Shown piece by piece: positions 8,706 through 18,773 of a stretch of 64,000 nt of DNA. The position numbers and the translations under genes were made by a program. The stretch's first letter is position 1. Each line of letters opens with the position of its first letter. The notes under the pieces are model-generated. The model ran no database searches and was not told the DNA's origin. It worked only from the letters and a program-made list of their open reading frames with translations. This stretch comes from an uncultured Dictyoglomota bacterium (GTDB taxonomy: Bacteria; Dictyoglomota; Dictyoglomia; Dictyoglomales; Dictyoglomaceae), in the NCBI GenBank assembly GCA_964654465.1, contig CAZZIO010000035.1, forward strand, positions 1-64,000. The letters run 5' to 3'.

Positions 8706-9465
8706 TTAAATCCTCAAGATTTTCAAATACAAAGTCAGGTTTTATCTTCGATCTTTCTAAATCTTTACTTTGAGTTACTCCTGTAAGGAGTAAAAAAGTT
8801 TTTACATTAAGTCTTTTTCCTAAGCAAATATCTGTATCTATTCTATCCCCAACAACCCCTACTTCTTCTGATTTCAGGCCCAACTTTTCTATAGCAATTT
8901 TTCCCATGTATGGTGATGGTTTCCCAATTATAAAAGGTCTTTTTTGAGATGCTGAAGAAACAGCTGCGACCAAAGATCCAGCTCCTGGATCTATACCATT
9001 TTCAGTTGGAAATGTCTTATCGGGATTTGTAGCTAAAAACTTCGCCCCATTTCTTATATGGTAGTTCGCTTTTCTTAATTTTTCAAAAGTAAACTCTCTA
9101 TCTAATCCTACTACCACAGAATCAACCATATCCTTATCTTCGCATAATTCCCAACCAATGTCAGAAATAACTTTCTTCAATGCTTTTTCTCCTATAACGT
9201 AAGCTGTACCTTGATTTTTAATTTTTTTAAGATATATAGCTGTAGCAATTCCAGATGTTAGAATTTCATCAGTATTAGTGAAAATTCCCATTTTTTGTAA
9301 TTTTTCTATATATTCTTCGGGAAGCTTAGTGGAATTGTTAGTTAGAAACATGAATTTCACATTTTTCTCTCTTAAAAATTCTATGAACTCTTTACTGTAG
9401 TGAAGTGGGACATCTCCTCTATAAATAGATCCATCAAGATCAATAAGTAATCCTTTTAATTTCAA
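8674..9465 (-). CDS. HAD-IIA (NagD-like) phosphatase
   Basis: DLDG, LTNNS, IIGKPS and VGDRIDTD motifs; likely TTG start at 9465 after GGGGAGGT. Confidence 0.9.
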   Translation of the reverse strand: MKLKGLLIDLDGSIYRGDVPLHYSKEFIEFLREKNVKFMFLTNNSTKLPEEYIEKLQKMGIFTNTDEILTSGIATAIYLKKIKNQGTAYVIGEKALKKVISDIGWELCEDKDMVDSVVVGLDREFTFEKLRKANYHIRNGAKFLATNPDKTFPTENGIDPGAGSLVAAVSSASQKRPFIIGKPSPYMGKIAIEKLGLKSEEVGVVGDRIDTDICLGKRLNVKTFLLLTGVTQSKDLERSKIKPDFVFENLEDLTKFLKGHLEK

Positions 9466-10177
9466 GTGAAATACCTCCCCATGGATATTTTTTGATTTTA
9501 TTTTCTTCTTCCAATATAATACTTCCATTATCATCTATATCTACTATTTTAACTTCTTTTCCATTTAATCTGTTTACAGCATTACTTCCTATATACGGAA
9601 ACCTACTCTTGTAAAACTGAAATACATAATCCCACTTATCAGGATAATCAGCTATATGCGAAAGAATCTGATTTCTTATCTCTTTTAATATGATTAGTTT
9701 ATCTTCAACCAAAACAAGGTCTTTAAGGGAAGTAGCATCTATATCATATTTTTGAAAATATGACTGTTCTACAAAAAGATTTATTCCGACACCTGCTATT
9801 ATGTATTTTATTTCATTATTTTCATAAATACTTTCCAATAGTATTCCTGCAACCTTCTTTTTATTGAGTTCTAAATCATTAGGCCATTTAAAATTAAGAA
9901 TATCTTTTTCTTTCAAGAATATATCTAAAGCTTTATATACTGCTACAGATATAAGAATACCTAAACAATCTATTTTCTTTTTCAGATAGATAGAAGGATA
10001 AAGGATTATAGAAAACCAAAGGCCACCCTCAGGAGAAATCCATTTTCTTCTTAATCTACCTCTTCCTTCTGTCTGTATATCAGCCAAAATAATTGTGCCA
10101 TGAGGAAAATTCTTTGAAGCATAATCATGAGCAATATCCATAGTAGAGGTTACTTGTTTATAGTAAATAATCACCAT
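9440..10177 (-). CDS. birA: Biotin-protein ligase without an HTH domain (class I)
   Basis: STMD, QTEGRGRLRRKW, KWPND and KVAGIL motifs. Confidence 0.92.
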   Translation of the reverse strand: MVIIYYKQVTSTMDIAHDYASKNFPHGTIILADIQTEGRGRLRRKWISPEGGLWFSIILYPSIYLKKKIDCLGILISVAVYKALDIFLKEKDILNFKWPNDLELNKKKVAGILLESIYENNEIKYIIAGVGINLFVEQSYFQKYDIDATSLKDLVLVEDKLIILKEIRNQILSHIADYPDKWDYVFQFYKSRFPYIGSNAVNRLNGKEVKIVDIDDNGSIILEEENKIKKYPWGGISLEIKRITY

Positions 10178-11760
10178 TACATTGACCTCATAAATAAAGT
10201 AGTAATAATGTTTAGAACTTCGTCTATTGTGGTATATGAATTATCTATAAAATAACCTCCCTGAGGAAGCCTAAGAGGTGCTACATCTCTGTTTATGTCT
10301 AAGTAGTCTCTTTCTCTTATGCTTTCAAGAAGTTTTTCTTTATTTGTATCATTAAGATCTTTTGCTCTTCTTTCACATCTTATATCAATATTAGCATTAA
10401 TAAAAAGCTTTAAGTTTGCGTTTGGAAAAACTATTGTCCCACTATCTCTACCTTCTATAACTAATCCCCGTTTCACCTTTTTAAGAAAATCTCTTTGCCA
10501 GTCTGTTATAATCTCTCTAATTCCTCTAAATCTACCTATTTTAGAAGCTACAAGTCCTACTTCTGTAGTTCTTATCAAATCTGTTAATTCCATTTCTTTA
10601 TAGAAAACTCTAAATTTTTCTCCATCCCACAAAAATTTTATTTGATTTTCTTTTATAATTTTTGCCAATTTACTCTCATCAAAAATATCAAATTTCATAG
10701 CCAAAAGTCCCACACTTCTATATAATGCACCGCTATCTATGTAATCAAAATTAAATTTTCTTGCTAAAGATTTTGCTATTGTAGTTTTACCAGATCCTGC
10801 AGTGCCGTCTATTGTTATGATTTTAATTTCTTTTTCTTCTTCATATATTCTATATTTTATAAATAAAAGGTCTTGAGTTATTTGCTTCTTTAATTCTTCT
10901 AATGAGGGAAATTTTATATCAGGTCTTATGTATTCTTCTAAGACTAATTCAATAATCTCGTTATAAATATTACCAGCAAAATCAAATAAATATGCCTCTA
11001 TACGAAGCTCTTCACCATTAAAAGTAGGTCTTGTTCCTATGTAAATAGCAGAGTGATATATTTTATCTCTTATTTTAGCTTTACCTTTATATATTCCATT
11101 TTTAGGAATAAGTTTAGAAGGATCAGGTTTTACATTTACAGTTGGAAAGCCTATCTTTTCTCCTATATTATCACCTTTTATCACTTTACCTCTTATAAAA
11201 TATTTATAGCCTAACATTTTATTAGCAAAAGAAATGTCTCCTTTCTGAAGGGCTTCTCTTATCATACTACTTGATACAGTTGTATTATCTATATCATGAA
11301 GTGGCTTTACCAATACTTTAAAATTGTAATTTTTACTCAATTCTAATAAGACACTTACATCTCCTGTTCTTCCTTTTCCAAACTTGAAATTATCCCCTAC
11401 AAGTATGCATGAGAATTCCATATTTTTTCTAAGAAATTCAATAAAATCCTTCGGACTAAGATTTCTAAGTTTTGAGTCAAAGGGCAAACAAAACATATAA
11501 TCAATTCCTTTTAAACCTATCATTTCTCTTTTCTCATCCTTTGTTAGTAGAAAGGAGGATAAATTTTTGAAAACTTTGGGATATGTATCTTCAAAAGTTA
11601 TTATTCCAGTATTTGAATCACTAATCAGCGCATAGTTGAACATCTCTTCCAGAATAGAGGAATGCCCTTTGTGTATTCCATCAAATACTCCTATACTTAG
11701 AATTAGTTTTCCCTTTTTTTCTATATTGTTCAGCTTTATTACTTTAATATCTTTTTCCAT
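10177..11760 (-). CDS. ribF-cmk: Fused FAD synthetase/riboflavin kinase and cytidylate kinase (RibF-Cmk)
   Basis: GVFDGIHKGH, GFPTVN and GTRPTF (RibF), then in frame ITIDGTAGSGKTT, DSGALYR and EGRDSGT (Cmk). Confidence 0.92.
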   Translation of the reverse strand: MEKDIKVIKLNNIEKKGKLILSIGVFDGIHKGHSSILEEMFNYALISDSNTGIITFEDTYPKVFKNLSSFLLTKDEKREMIGLKGIDYMFCLPFDSKLRNLSPKDFIEFLRKNMEFSCILVGDNFKFGKGRTGDVSVLLELSKNYNFKVLVKPLHDIDNTTVSSSMIREALQKGDISFANKMLGYKYFIRGKVIKGDNIGEKIGFPTVNVKPDPSKLIPKNGIYKGKAKIRDKIYHSAIYIGTRPTFNGEELRIEAYLFDFAGNIYNEIIELVLEEYIRPDIKFPSLEELKKQITQDLLFIKYRIYEEEKEIKIITIDGTAGSGKTTIAKSLARKFNFDYIDSGALYRSVGLLAMKFDIFDESKLAKIIKENQIKFLWDGEKFRVFYKEMELTDLIRTTEVGLVASKIGRFRGIREIITDWQRDFLKKVKRGLVIEGRDSGTIVFPNANLKLFINANIDIRCERRAKDLNDTNKEKLLESIRERDYLDINRDVAPLRLPQGGYFIDNSYTTIDEVLNIITTLFMRSM

Positions 11761-11765
11761 AATAA

Positions 11766-12653
11766 TTATTCAATTGAAAAGACCTTTTCTGGTTTTAGAA
11801 CATTTCCTTTTATCTTACCTACAGCAATAAAATTATCTTTTGAATTAACCACTGAGACAAAAATTTCCTTATTTTCATAAGTAGGTAAAAGAACATTGTT
11901 TCCATTTAAAATTCTTTTCTCTTCCAGAGCATCAACTTTTATTAGAGGAAAGTTTAATATTTTAACTGGAGAAACTAAATTTTCTTTCCAATGTTTAGAG
12001 AGTTTGTTAAAAGATATACTATCACTTATAGAGATATGACCAATTTCAGTCCTTAATAAAAAAGAGGTTATTGCATAACATCCAAGTTTCTCACCTATAT
12101 CTTTTACAAGGCTTCTTATATAGGTACCAGCTGAAACCTTAAATTCAATTAAAGCAATAGGAAATTTACTTTTCTTATAATCTAATAGTTCAGCCTTAAA
12201 TATTTTTACCTTCCTTTTTGGAAGTTTCAAATTTTTCCCTTCTCTTGCTAGTTCATAAGCCCTTTTACCATTTATATGAAGAGCAGAATAGATTGGGGGT
12301 TCTTGTTCAATTTCTCCTAACAAGCTTTTTAATATTTCTTCTATTTTTTGGGGAGAAATATCTTGATTTTTTATGTTTTGATATTTAAAAGAATAAGCCT
12401 CTCTATCATAAGTATCACTACTTATACCAAAATGAATCTCTACAATATATGTTTTTGTAAAGTTTAAAATGTATTCCTCTAATCTTACATATTTTCCCAA
12501 GCCTATTATTATAAGCCCACATGCTCTGGGATCCAAAGTACCCATATGTCCTACTTTATCTATTTTTGTTATTTCTCTTATTTTTTTTACTACATTGAAG
12601 GAGGTTATACCAGGAGGTTTATTTACTAAAAGAAATCCGTTCATTTTCTTCAA
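11766..12653 (-). CDS. truB: tRNA pseudouridine(55) synthase
   Basis: KVGHMGTLDP and GTYIRSL motifs. Confidence 0.96.
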   Translation of the reverse strand: MKKMNGFLLVNKPPGITSFNVVKKIREITKIDKVGHMGTLDPRACGLIIIGLGKYVRLEEYILNFTKTYIVEIHFGISSDTYDREAYSFKYQNIKNQDISPQKIEEILKSLLGEIEQEPPIYSALHINGKRAYELAREGKNLKLPKRKVKIFKAELLDYKKSKFPIALIEFKVSAGTYIRSLVKDIGEKLGCYAITSFLLRTEIGHISISDSISFNKLSKHWKENLVSPVKILNFPLIKVDALEEKRILNGNNVLLPTYENKEIFVSVVNSKDNFIAVGKIKGNVLKPEKVFSIE

Positions 12654-13614
12654 TAAACTCTTTTAGCTTATTGATAACTAAGTTATAAACATCGGAATTG
12701 TTATTTTTTACTTGAAAACCTGCTGCCTCTTTGTGTCCCCCTCCACCAAAAGATTGTGCAAATTTACTTACATCAATACGATTATCTTTAGATCTTAGGC
12801 TGACTTTTAATGTTTTTTCATTTATTGGATAGAAGAACACTACAACTCTCACATCTTTCAACATCCTAAGATTGTCTATTATTCCCTCTGTGTCTTCTAA
12901 AGTTGCATTATATTTCTCCATATCTTCCATATTGATAAAACTCCAAGCAATATCTTTATCAACATTTATTCTTAGTAATGATATTCCTAATAATTTTAAT
13001 GATGAAAGTTTTCTTTTCTCGTATATCTCCTTTGATATAGAGGAAATATCAACCCCTATCTTAACAAGATTACTTGCTACTTTTAGGCTTTTAGGAGTAG
13101 TGTTACTAAATCTAAAGCTTCCTGTATCAGTTATTAGACCAGTTAAAAGACAAGCAGCCACATTTATTGATATGTTGAATTTTGATTTGGTAAGAATATC
13201 GTAAATAATTTCTGTTACCGATGAAGCTTTTTCGTTTATAATATTTATGTCTCCAAATTTTGAATTTGAAGTATGATGGTCTATATTTATTAGTATTTTA
13301 GTTTTTTCTTTTACGTTTAAATCTTCCTTAACCCTATATATATCACTACAATCAAAGACAATACCTATATTATATGATCTATCCAAATTACTTATTGTGT
13401 TTACATCCCCCTTTAAAAGGAATCTATAAAAAGAGGGGATAGGTGAATTTAGAAAAATATATGGTTTTTTTCCTATTTCTAATAGAAAATAATAAAATCC
13501 TAATATAGATCCAATAGCATCTCCATCAGGATTTATGTGTGTGAATAAAATAAAATCTTGATATTTTTCTATTATATCTATTAATCTTCTAATCTCTTTA
13601 TTGATCTTCTTCAT
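12619..13614 (-). CDS. nrnA: DHH/DHHA1 nanoRNase/pAp phosphatase
   Basis: HINPDGDA, NIDHH, TDTGSF and GGGGHKEAAG motifs; position between rbfA and truB. Confidence 0.9.
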   Translation of the reverse strand: MKKINKEIRRLIDIIEKYQDFILFTHINPDGDAIGSILGFYYFLLEIGKKPYIFLNSPIPSFYRFLLKGDVNTISNLDRSYNIGIVFDCSDIYRVKEDLNVKEKTKILINIDHHTSNSKFGDINIINEKASSVTEIIYDILTKSKFNISINVAACLLTGLITDTGSFRFSNTTPKSLKVASNLVKIGVDISSISKEIYEKRKLSSLKLLGISLLRINVDKDIAWSFINMEDMEKYNATLEDTEGIIDNLRMLKDVRVVVFFYPINEKTLKVSLRSKDNRIDVSKFAQSFGGGGHKEAAGFQVKNNNSDVYNLVINKLKEFIEENERISFSK

Positions 13615-13960
13615 CCTCTAATTTCAATTCTTTCAATTTTCTAAGTATCCTGTCTCCTCTTTCTAAGGATTCGTCAAGCTCAAAAGAAATTTCTGGTATA
13701 AATCTTATTCTAAGATCTTTTCCTAATTCGCTTCTTATGAATCCTTTAGCACTTTCAAGTCCCTTCATAGTTTCTCTTTTTTCTTCTTCACTACCATAAA
13801 CACTCACATATATTCTTGCATATCTAAGATCTTTACTAATTTCTACCTCAGTTATTACAACAAAATTAGATGAGATTCGAGGATCTTTAACCCTTCTTAA
13901 TAATATCTCACTTATTTCTTCTCTAATTAAAGCACTTAATCTTTCTTGTCTTTGTCTCAT
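13598..13960 (-). CDS. rbfA: Ribosome-binding factor A
   Basis: VKDPR, DLRYARIYVS and PEISFELD motifs. Confidence 0.96.
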   Translation of the reverse strand: MRQRQERLSALIREEISEILLRRVKDPRISSNFVVITEVEISKDLRYARIYVSVYGSEEEKRETMKGLESAKGFIRSELGKDLRIRFIPEISFELDESLERGDRILRKLKELKLEDEEDQ

Positions 13961-13981
13961 GTTAACATCACTCCTGGTAAT

Positions 13982-14263
13982 TTACAAAATTTCTATTTCA
14001 TAATCTACTATCTCTGTGTCTTTTTGTTCTTCTAACAACTTTATAACATCTGATAATATTTGATATATATGTTTTGACTCTGTAGATACAATACTTATTC
14101 CTAAGACAAGTTCGTTCCATATTTCTTGAGCGTCTACCTCAGCTATAGAAACATTAAATCTTGTCCTTATTTTGTCTACAATACTTCTTTTTACTCTCCT
14201 TTTTTCCTTAAGGGAGAAACTTTCAGGAATCGATAAAATAACTCTACATACTCCTATTAACAT
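13982..14263 (-). CDS. ylxP: DUF503 (YlxP-like) protein
   Basis: SLKEKRRV..FNVSIAEV motif; position between infB and rbfA. Confidence 0.88.
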   Translation of the reverse strand: MLIGVCRVILSIPESFSLKEKRRVKRSIVDKIRTRFNVSIAEVDAQEIWNELVLGISIVSTESKHIYQILSDVIKLLEEQKDTEIVDYEIEIL

Positions 14264-14266
14264 AAA

Positions 14267-16255
14267 TTACTGAACTTGTTGAACGGTATAGACTTCTAAA
14301 ATATCCCCTGGTTTTATATCTCCAAAGTTCTCTAAACCTACTCCACATTCAAAATTTGTAAGAACCTCTGTGACATCCTCTTTAAACCTCTTTAAAGAGG
14401 CTATCTTTCCATCATATATAACTACACCGTCTCTTATTAGTCTAACCTTTGCATTTCTTTGAATTTTACCTTCTCTAACATATACTCCTGCCACAGTACC
14501 AACCTTGGGAACATTAAATGTAGCTTTCACTTCGCCTCTTCCTATAATTACTTCCTTGATCTGGGGAGCTTTTAACCCTTTGATATAATTTTGTAAATCA
14601 TCTATTATTTCATATATAATTCTGTATGTTTTAGCAATTACTTTTTCTTTCGTAATAGCTTCTTGAGCCCTTGAATCGGGTCTTACGTTAAAACCTATAA
14701 TCATACCTTTGGAGGCAGATGCTAACATGACATCACTTTCTGTTATTCCCCCTACACCTGAATGTATTATTTTAACAGTTATATCTTCTGTTGGAAGTTT
14801 GTCTATAGTTTGTAAAATAGCTTCTAAAGAACCCTGAGTATCAGCTTTTACAATTAATGGTAAAACTTTTTCACCAAGTCCTACCACTTCTATGTTAGAT
14901 TTTTCCTTCTTTTTCTTTCTTTCCTCTAAAATCTCTTTGGCAACTGCCTCATTAGGTACAACTTCAAGAATATCTCCAGCTTGTGGCAACTCTTCAAATC
15001 CTGAAATTTCAACAGGCCAAGAAGGATAGGCCTCCTTTAGAGATCTACCCTTATCATCGACCATTGTTCTAACACGTCCCATAACATCCCCAGCCACAAA
15101 AATATCCCTTAATTTGAGGGTTCCTTCTTGAATTATTACTGTTGCCACAGGTCCTTTACCTTTATCTATTCTTGTTTCAATAATTGTTCCTTTGGCAGGC
15201 TTATCAGGGTCAGCCTTTAATTCTAAGACATCTGCCATAAGTAAAATCATTTCTAATAATTGGTCGATGCCTTGTTTCCTCATAGCAGAGATAGGCACCA
15301 TTATGGTATCTCCACCCCATTCTTCCGGAATAAGGCCATATTCAGACAATTGTTGTTTTACTCTTTCAGGGTTTGCATCAGGTTTATCAATCTTATTTAT
15401 AGCCACAATAATAGGTACATTAGCTGCTTTGGCATGATTGATTGCTTCAACCGTTTGAGGCATAACACCATCATCAGCAGCTACCACAAGTACAGCTATA
15501 TCTGTAACTTGAGCACCTCTTGCCCTTAAAGCTGTAAAGGCCTCATGACCAGGAGTATCTAAAAAAACAATCTTTCTTCCATTATGTTCTACCATCGACG
15601 CTCCAATATGTTGAGTTATCCCACCATATTCTTTTTCTGCCACCTTTGTCTGTCTAATAGCGTCTAAGAGGGTAGTTTTACCATGATCCACGTGTCCCAT
15701 TACTACTACAACAGGTGGTCTTGGTTTTAGTCTTGCTTCTTCCTCAGGTGTTAACTGCACTCTCTTAACTATTGCTTGAGGTTTTACCTCTTCTACTTTA
15801 TATCCATGTTTAATCGCAAGTTTCTTAATAACATCTGGATCTAAAATTTGATTCACATTGGCTAATATTTTCATATTTAAAAGTTCCATTATTAAATCTG
15901 TAGGAGATACGGAGAGAGCATCAGCTACATCTTTTATCCTCATACTTCCTTGTATTATTAATACCTTTTCCTTTTCTTTAACAGTTATTTGCTCGTTTTC
16001 CTCTGTTTTTTGAGATTTTGTCTCTGTTAATTTTTGATCTTCCTTTATTTCTTCTACTTGAATAGCCTCTGAGGCAGTGGGGGGATTTTCTTCTTTACTC
16101 TTTCCTGTAACAAGTTCCTTTATAATCTCTTCTACTTCTTCATCTATTACATTTAACGCTGACTTTGCATTAACTCCTAAATCACTAAGAATCTTTAATA
16201 AGTCTTTACTTTCTATACCCAGTTCTTTACTTAATTCATATATTCTCTTTTTCAT
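14267..16255 (-). CDS. infB: Translation initiation factor IF-2
   Basis: MGHVDHGKTT, DTPGHEAF and NKID motifs. Confidence 0.98.
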   Translation of the reverse strand: MKKRIYELSKELGIESKDLLKILSDLGVNAKSALNVIDEEVEEIIKELVTGKSKEENPPTASEAIQVEEIKEDQKLTETKSQKTEENEQITVKEKEKVLIIQGSMRIKDVADALSVSPTDLIMELLNMKILANVNQILDPDVIKKLAIKHGYKVEEVKPQAIVKRVQLTPEEEARLKPRPPVVVVMGHVDHGKTTLLDAIRQTKVAEKEYGGITQHIGASMVEHNGRKIVFLDTPGHEAFTALRARGAQVTDIAVLVVAADDGVMPQTVEAINHAKAANVPIIVAINKIDKPDANPERVKQQLSEYGLIPEEWGGDTIMVPISAMRKQGIDQLLEMILLMADVLELKADPDKPAKGTIIETRIDKGKGPVATVIIQEGTLKLRDIFVAGDVMGRVRTMVDDKGRSLKEAYPSWPVEISGFEELPQAGDILEVVPNEAVAKEILEERKKKKEKSNIEVVGLGEKVLPLIVKADTQGSLEAILQTIDKLPTEDITVKIIHSGVGGITESDVMLASASKGMIIGFNVRPDSRAQEAITKEKVIAKTYRIIYEIIDDLQNYIKGLKAPQIKEVIIGRGEVKATFNVPKVGTVAGVYVREGKIQRNAKVRLIRDGVVIYDGKIASLKRFKEDVTEVLTNFECGVGLENFGDIKPGDILEVYTVQQVQ

Positions 16256-16542
16256 TACTTTATCTCCCCCCGACGAGAAATTTCGTTTTGTAATTCTTCT
16301 TTAATTTTTTGTAATGTTCCGAAAGAAACCTCACATCTTAAAGCATGTGAAAATGCTCTTTTCTTGAAAGCCAAATCTAAACATTCTATCTTTGGACATA
16401 AATATGCACCTCTACCCGAAGCCTTACCAGTAGGATCAAAACTTATATTATTATCTTCATCTCTAACAATTCTCAAAAGCTCTCTTTTGGGCTTTTTTTC
16501 TCCGCAACCTATACATGTTCTTATAGGCACATGCTTACTCAC
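16255..16542 (-). CDS. ylxR: YlxR/RnpM RNA-binding protein
   Basis: PIRTCIGC and GRGAYLC motifs. Confidence 0.92.
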   Translation of the reverse strand: MSKHVPIRTCIGCGEKKPKRELLRIVRDEDNNISFDPTGKASGRGAYLCPKIECLDLAFKKRAFSHALRCEVSFGTLQKIKEELQNEISRRGEIK

Positions 16543-17623
16543 TTTTTTCTACCACCTTCTCTATTTCCTTATTATCTTTTTCTTTAGAATATTCTTCTGG
16601 AGTCCTTACATCAATCCTCCATGATGTAAGTTTTACAGCTAATCTTACATTTTGACCTTCTTTGCCTATAGCTAAAGAGAATTGATCAGGAGGCACTATA
16701 ACAATAGCTTTATGTTCATCTTCCTTTATTTCTACTGATATGGGTTTAGCAGGACTCAAACTTCTTGCAACAAATTCCGCTGGATCTTTACTCCATAATA
16801 CTATATCAATTTTCTCACCATTAAGCTCGTTTATAATATTTTGTATTCTAACTCCCTTAAACCCAACACAAGCACCAATTGGATCTATTTCAGGATAATG
16901 AGAATAAACAGCAACCTTCGATCTTAAACCTGGTTCTCTTGCTATGCTTACAATTTCTACAGTTCCTTCTTTAATCTCAGGAACTTCCAATTCAAAAAGC
17001 CTTTTTAAAAATCCAGGATGGCTTCGTGATAATATTACTAAGGGATCTTTTGTGGTCTTTCTTACCTCCAAAAGGTAAGCTCTTAATCTTCTTCCTATCC
17101 AATATTCTTCTCCTGGAATCTGTTCTTTTACAGGTAACACTGCCTCAATATCAGGAAATCTTACATAAACATTTCCTCTTTCTATTCTTACCACAGTACC
17201 ATTAACTAATTCTCCCTCTTTAGCTTTATATTTATCATATAAAATTTTTCTTTCGGCTTCTTTCAAACTTTGCATAATAACCTGTTTTGCAACTTGAACA
17301 GCTATACGCCCAAATTCTTGAGGTTCCACTTCTATTTCTATCTCATCTCCTAATTTTGCATCAGGTTTTAAGGCCTTTGCCTCATCAATCGTAATCTCTG
17401 AAATTGGATCTAATACCTTTTCAACCACTCTCTTTACCACATAAATTCTTATTTCTTGTCTATTTACATCTATTTCTACACGCGCACCTTTGCTTGTACC
17501 ATAAGCTTTCTTAAAAGCTGAAAGTAAGGCTTTTCTTAAAGCCTCTATAACTACAGCTTTATCTAACTTTTTCTCTTTAATAATCTGTTCTAAAACAACC
17601 CAGAAATCTTCACCTAATCTCAT
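16535..17623 (-). CDS. nusA: Transcription termination factor NusA
   Basis: FGRIAVQVAKQ, AREPGLRSKVAV and AIGKEGQNVRLA motifs. Confidence 0.97.
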   Translation of the reverse strand: MRLGEDFWVVLEQIIKEKKLDKAVVIEALRKALLSAFKKAYGTSKGARVEIDVNRQEIRIYVVKRVVEKVLDPISEITIDEAKALKPDAKLGDEIEIEVEPQEFGRIAVQVAKQVIMQSLKEAERKILYDKYKAKEGELVNGTVVRIERGNVYVRFPDIEAVLPVKEQIPGEEYWIGRRLRAYLLEVRKTTKDPLVILSRSHPGFLKRLFELEVPEIKEGTVEIVSIAREPGLRSKVAVYSHYPEIDPIGACVGFKGVRIQNIINELNGEKIDIVLWSKDPAEFVARSLSPAKPISVEIKEDEHKAIVIVPPDQFSLAIGKEGQNVRLAVKLTSWRIDVRTPEEYSKEKDNKEIEKVVEKSE

Positions 17624-17638
17624 AAATTATCATCCTCC

Positions 17639-18109
17639 TCAAAATTCTACAATCAACCTTGCTTTTTTTATTTTGGAGAAAGGAATATGAATAAATTTAC
17701 CATCAACTTCTATTATTACATTTTCTTCATCAGTACTTATAATTTTTCCCTCAACCTTCCTTCTCCCTTCAATATTTTCTAAAAGTAAAATATTTACTTT
17801 TTCGCCAACATGTCTATCAAAATCTCGCCTTTTCTTTAATGGTCTATCTAAACCAGGAGATGAAACTTCAAGCACATATGAATGTGGAATTGGATCGTGA
17901 ATATCAAGTTCCTTGCTTATTTTTTCACTTATATAAGCACAGTCCTCTACTGTGACACCTCCTACTTTATCAACAAATACCCTTAGTACCCATCCACGAG
18001 ATTCTCTTTGATATTCTAAGTCTACAAGTTCAAAATAGTATCTCTCGCAGACAGGCTCCACGATACTTCTTAGTTTTTTGATAAACTCCATATGTATTTG
18101 ATCTTTCAC
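17639..18109 (-). CDS. rimP: Ribosome maturation factor RimP
   Basis: YVLEVSSPGLDRPL motif. Confidence 0.96.
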   Translation of the reverse strand: MKDQIHMEFIKKLRSIVEPVCERYYFELVDLEYQRESRGWVLRVFVDKVGGVTVEDCAYISEKISKELDIHDPIPHSYVLEVSSPGLDRPLKKRRDFDRHVGEKVNILLLENIEGRRKVEGKIISTDEENVIIEVDGKFIHIPFSKIKKARLIVEF

Positions 18110-18130
18110 TTTCTTTTACCTTATTAAAAA

Positions 18131-18156
18131 GAAAAAGTGGGAACTCCCACTTTTTC
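18131..18156 (-). promoter_or_regulatory. rimP leader hairpin
   Basis: GAAAAAGTGGG-AGTT-CCCACTTTTTC perfect hairpin just upstream of rimP. Confidence 0.75.
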
Positions 18157-18191
18157 GTCCTTAAACTTTCTCTTCTAACAAACTTTATTTA

Positions 18192-18220
18192 AGTATACAT
18201 TAAATCACTATAAAAAGCAA
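18192..18220 (-). promoter_or_regulatory. Promoter for the rimP operon, TTGCTT-N17-TATACT
   Basis: Minus-strand -35 at 18220-18215 and -10 at 18197-18192. Confidence 0.6.
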
Positions 18221-18247
18221 TAAAATAATTAAAAATTTTAGCTTATT

Positions 18248-18565
18248 TTAACCATCATTACTAAAAATTTCTTTTGGTATTTCATATATTTCTATAACAT
18301 TCAACAAAGCTAAGATCTTTAAGAAAGTGTTTATTTCTAAATTTTTAGTATTTATCCCTCTATCCTCTGCCTGTTTTTTGTATATTTGAAAAAATTCTGA
18401 TAAACTAAGTTTTGGAGCCAATATCTTTTGACAAAGTATTAAAATTTCTCGAGCATTTCCAATAGCAACCACAGGAATATCGTACCTGTTAATATTTTCA
18501 TCTTTTTTCAATATTCTTACTATATATATTGGGAAATTGTAGCTCAATCTTAATACAACTCCCAT
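18248..18565 (-). CDS. Hypothetical protein, 105 aa
   Basis: Only sizeable ORF in the gap; TGgTATACT upstream; no motif recognised. Confidence 0.6.
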   Translation of the reverse strand: MGVVLRLSYNFPIYIVRILKKDENINRYDIPVVAIGNAREILILCQKILAPKLSLSEFFQIYKKQAEDRGINTKNLEINTFLKILALLNVIEIYEIPKEIFSNDG

Positions 18566-18622
18566 TCTTTTAAAGAAATTTTAAACAAAGTATACCATAA
18601 ATAAAAATTTCTTTAAATAGTC

Positions 18623-18651
18623 TTGTAAACCAAATCACTTCGTGATATACT
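18623..18651 (+). promoter_or_regulatory. rpsB promoter TTGTAA-N17-TATACT with extended -10
   Basis: TTGTAA 18623-18628, TG 18643-18644, TATACT 18646-18651. Confidence 0.7.
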
Positions 18652-18671
18652 CCTTTTTGAATGATTTGAGA

Positions 18672-18748
18672 ACTCACCCTTCCAGATTCTCTTGGGGGTG
18701 CTTCTCTTTTAGGAGAAGTTCCAAGAGAAGAAGAAGGAAGGGGAGGAA
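18672..18748 (+). ncRNA. t44 / S2 autoregulatory leader RNA
   Basis: CACCCTTCC..GGAAGGGGAGG outer stem, internal GGTGC and nested hairpins in the rpsB 5' UTR. Confidence 0.8.
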
Positions 18749-18773
18749 AAAACCAAAATATGGAGGTGTTACA

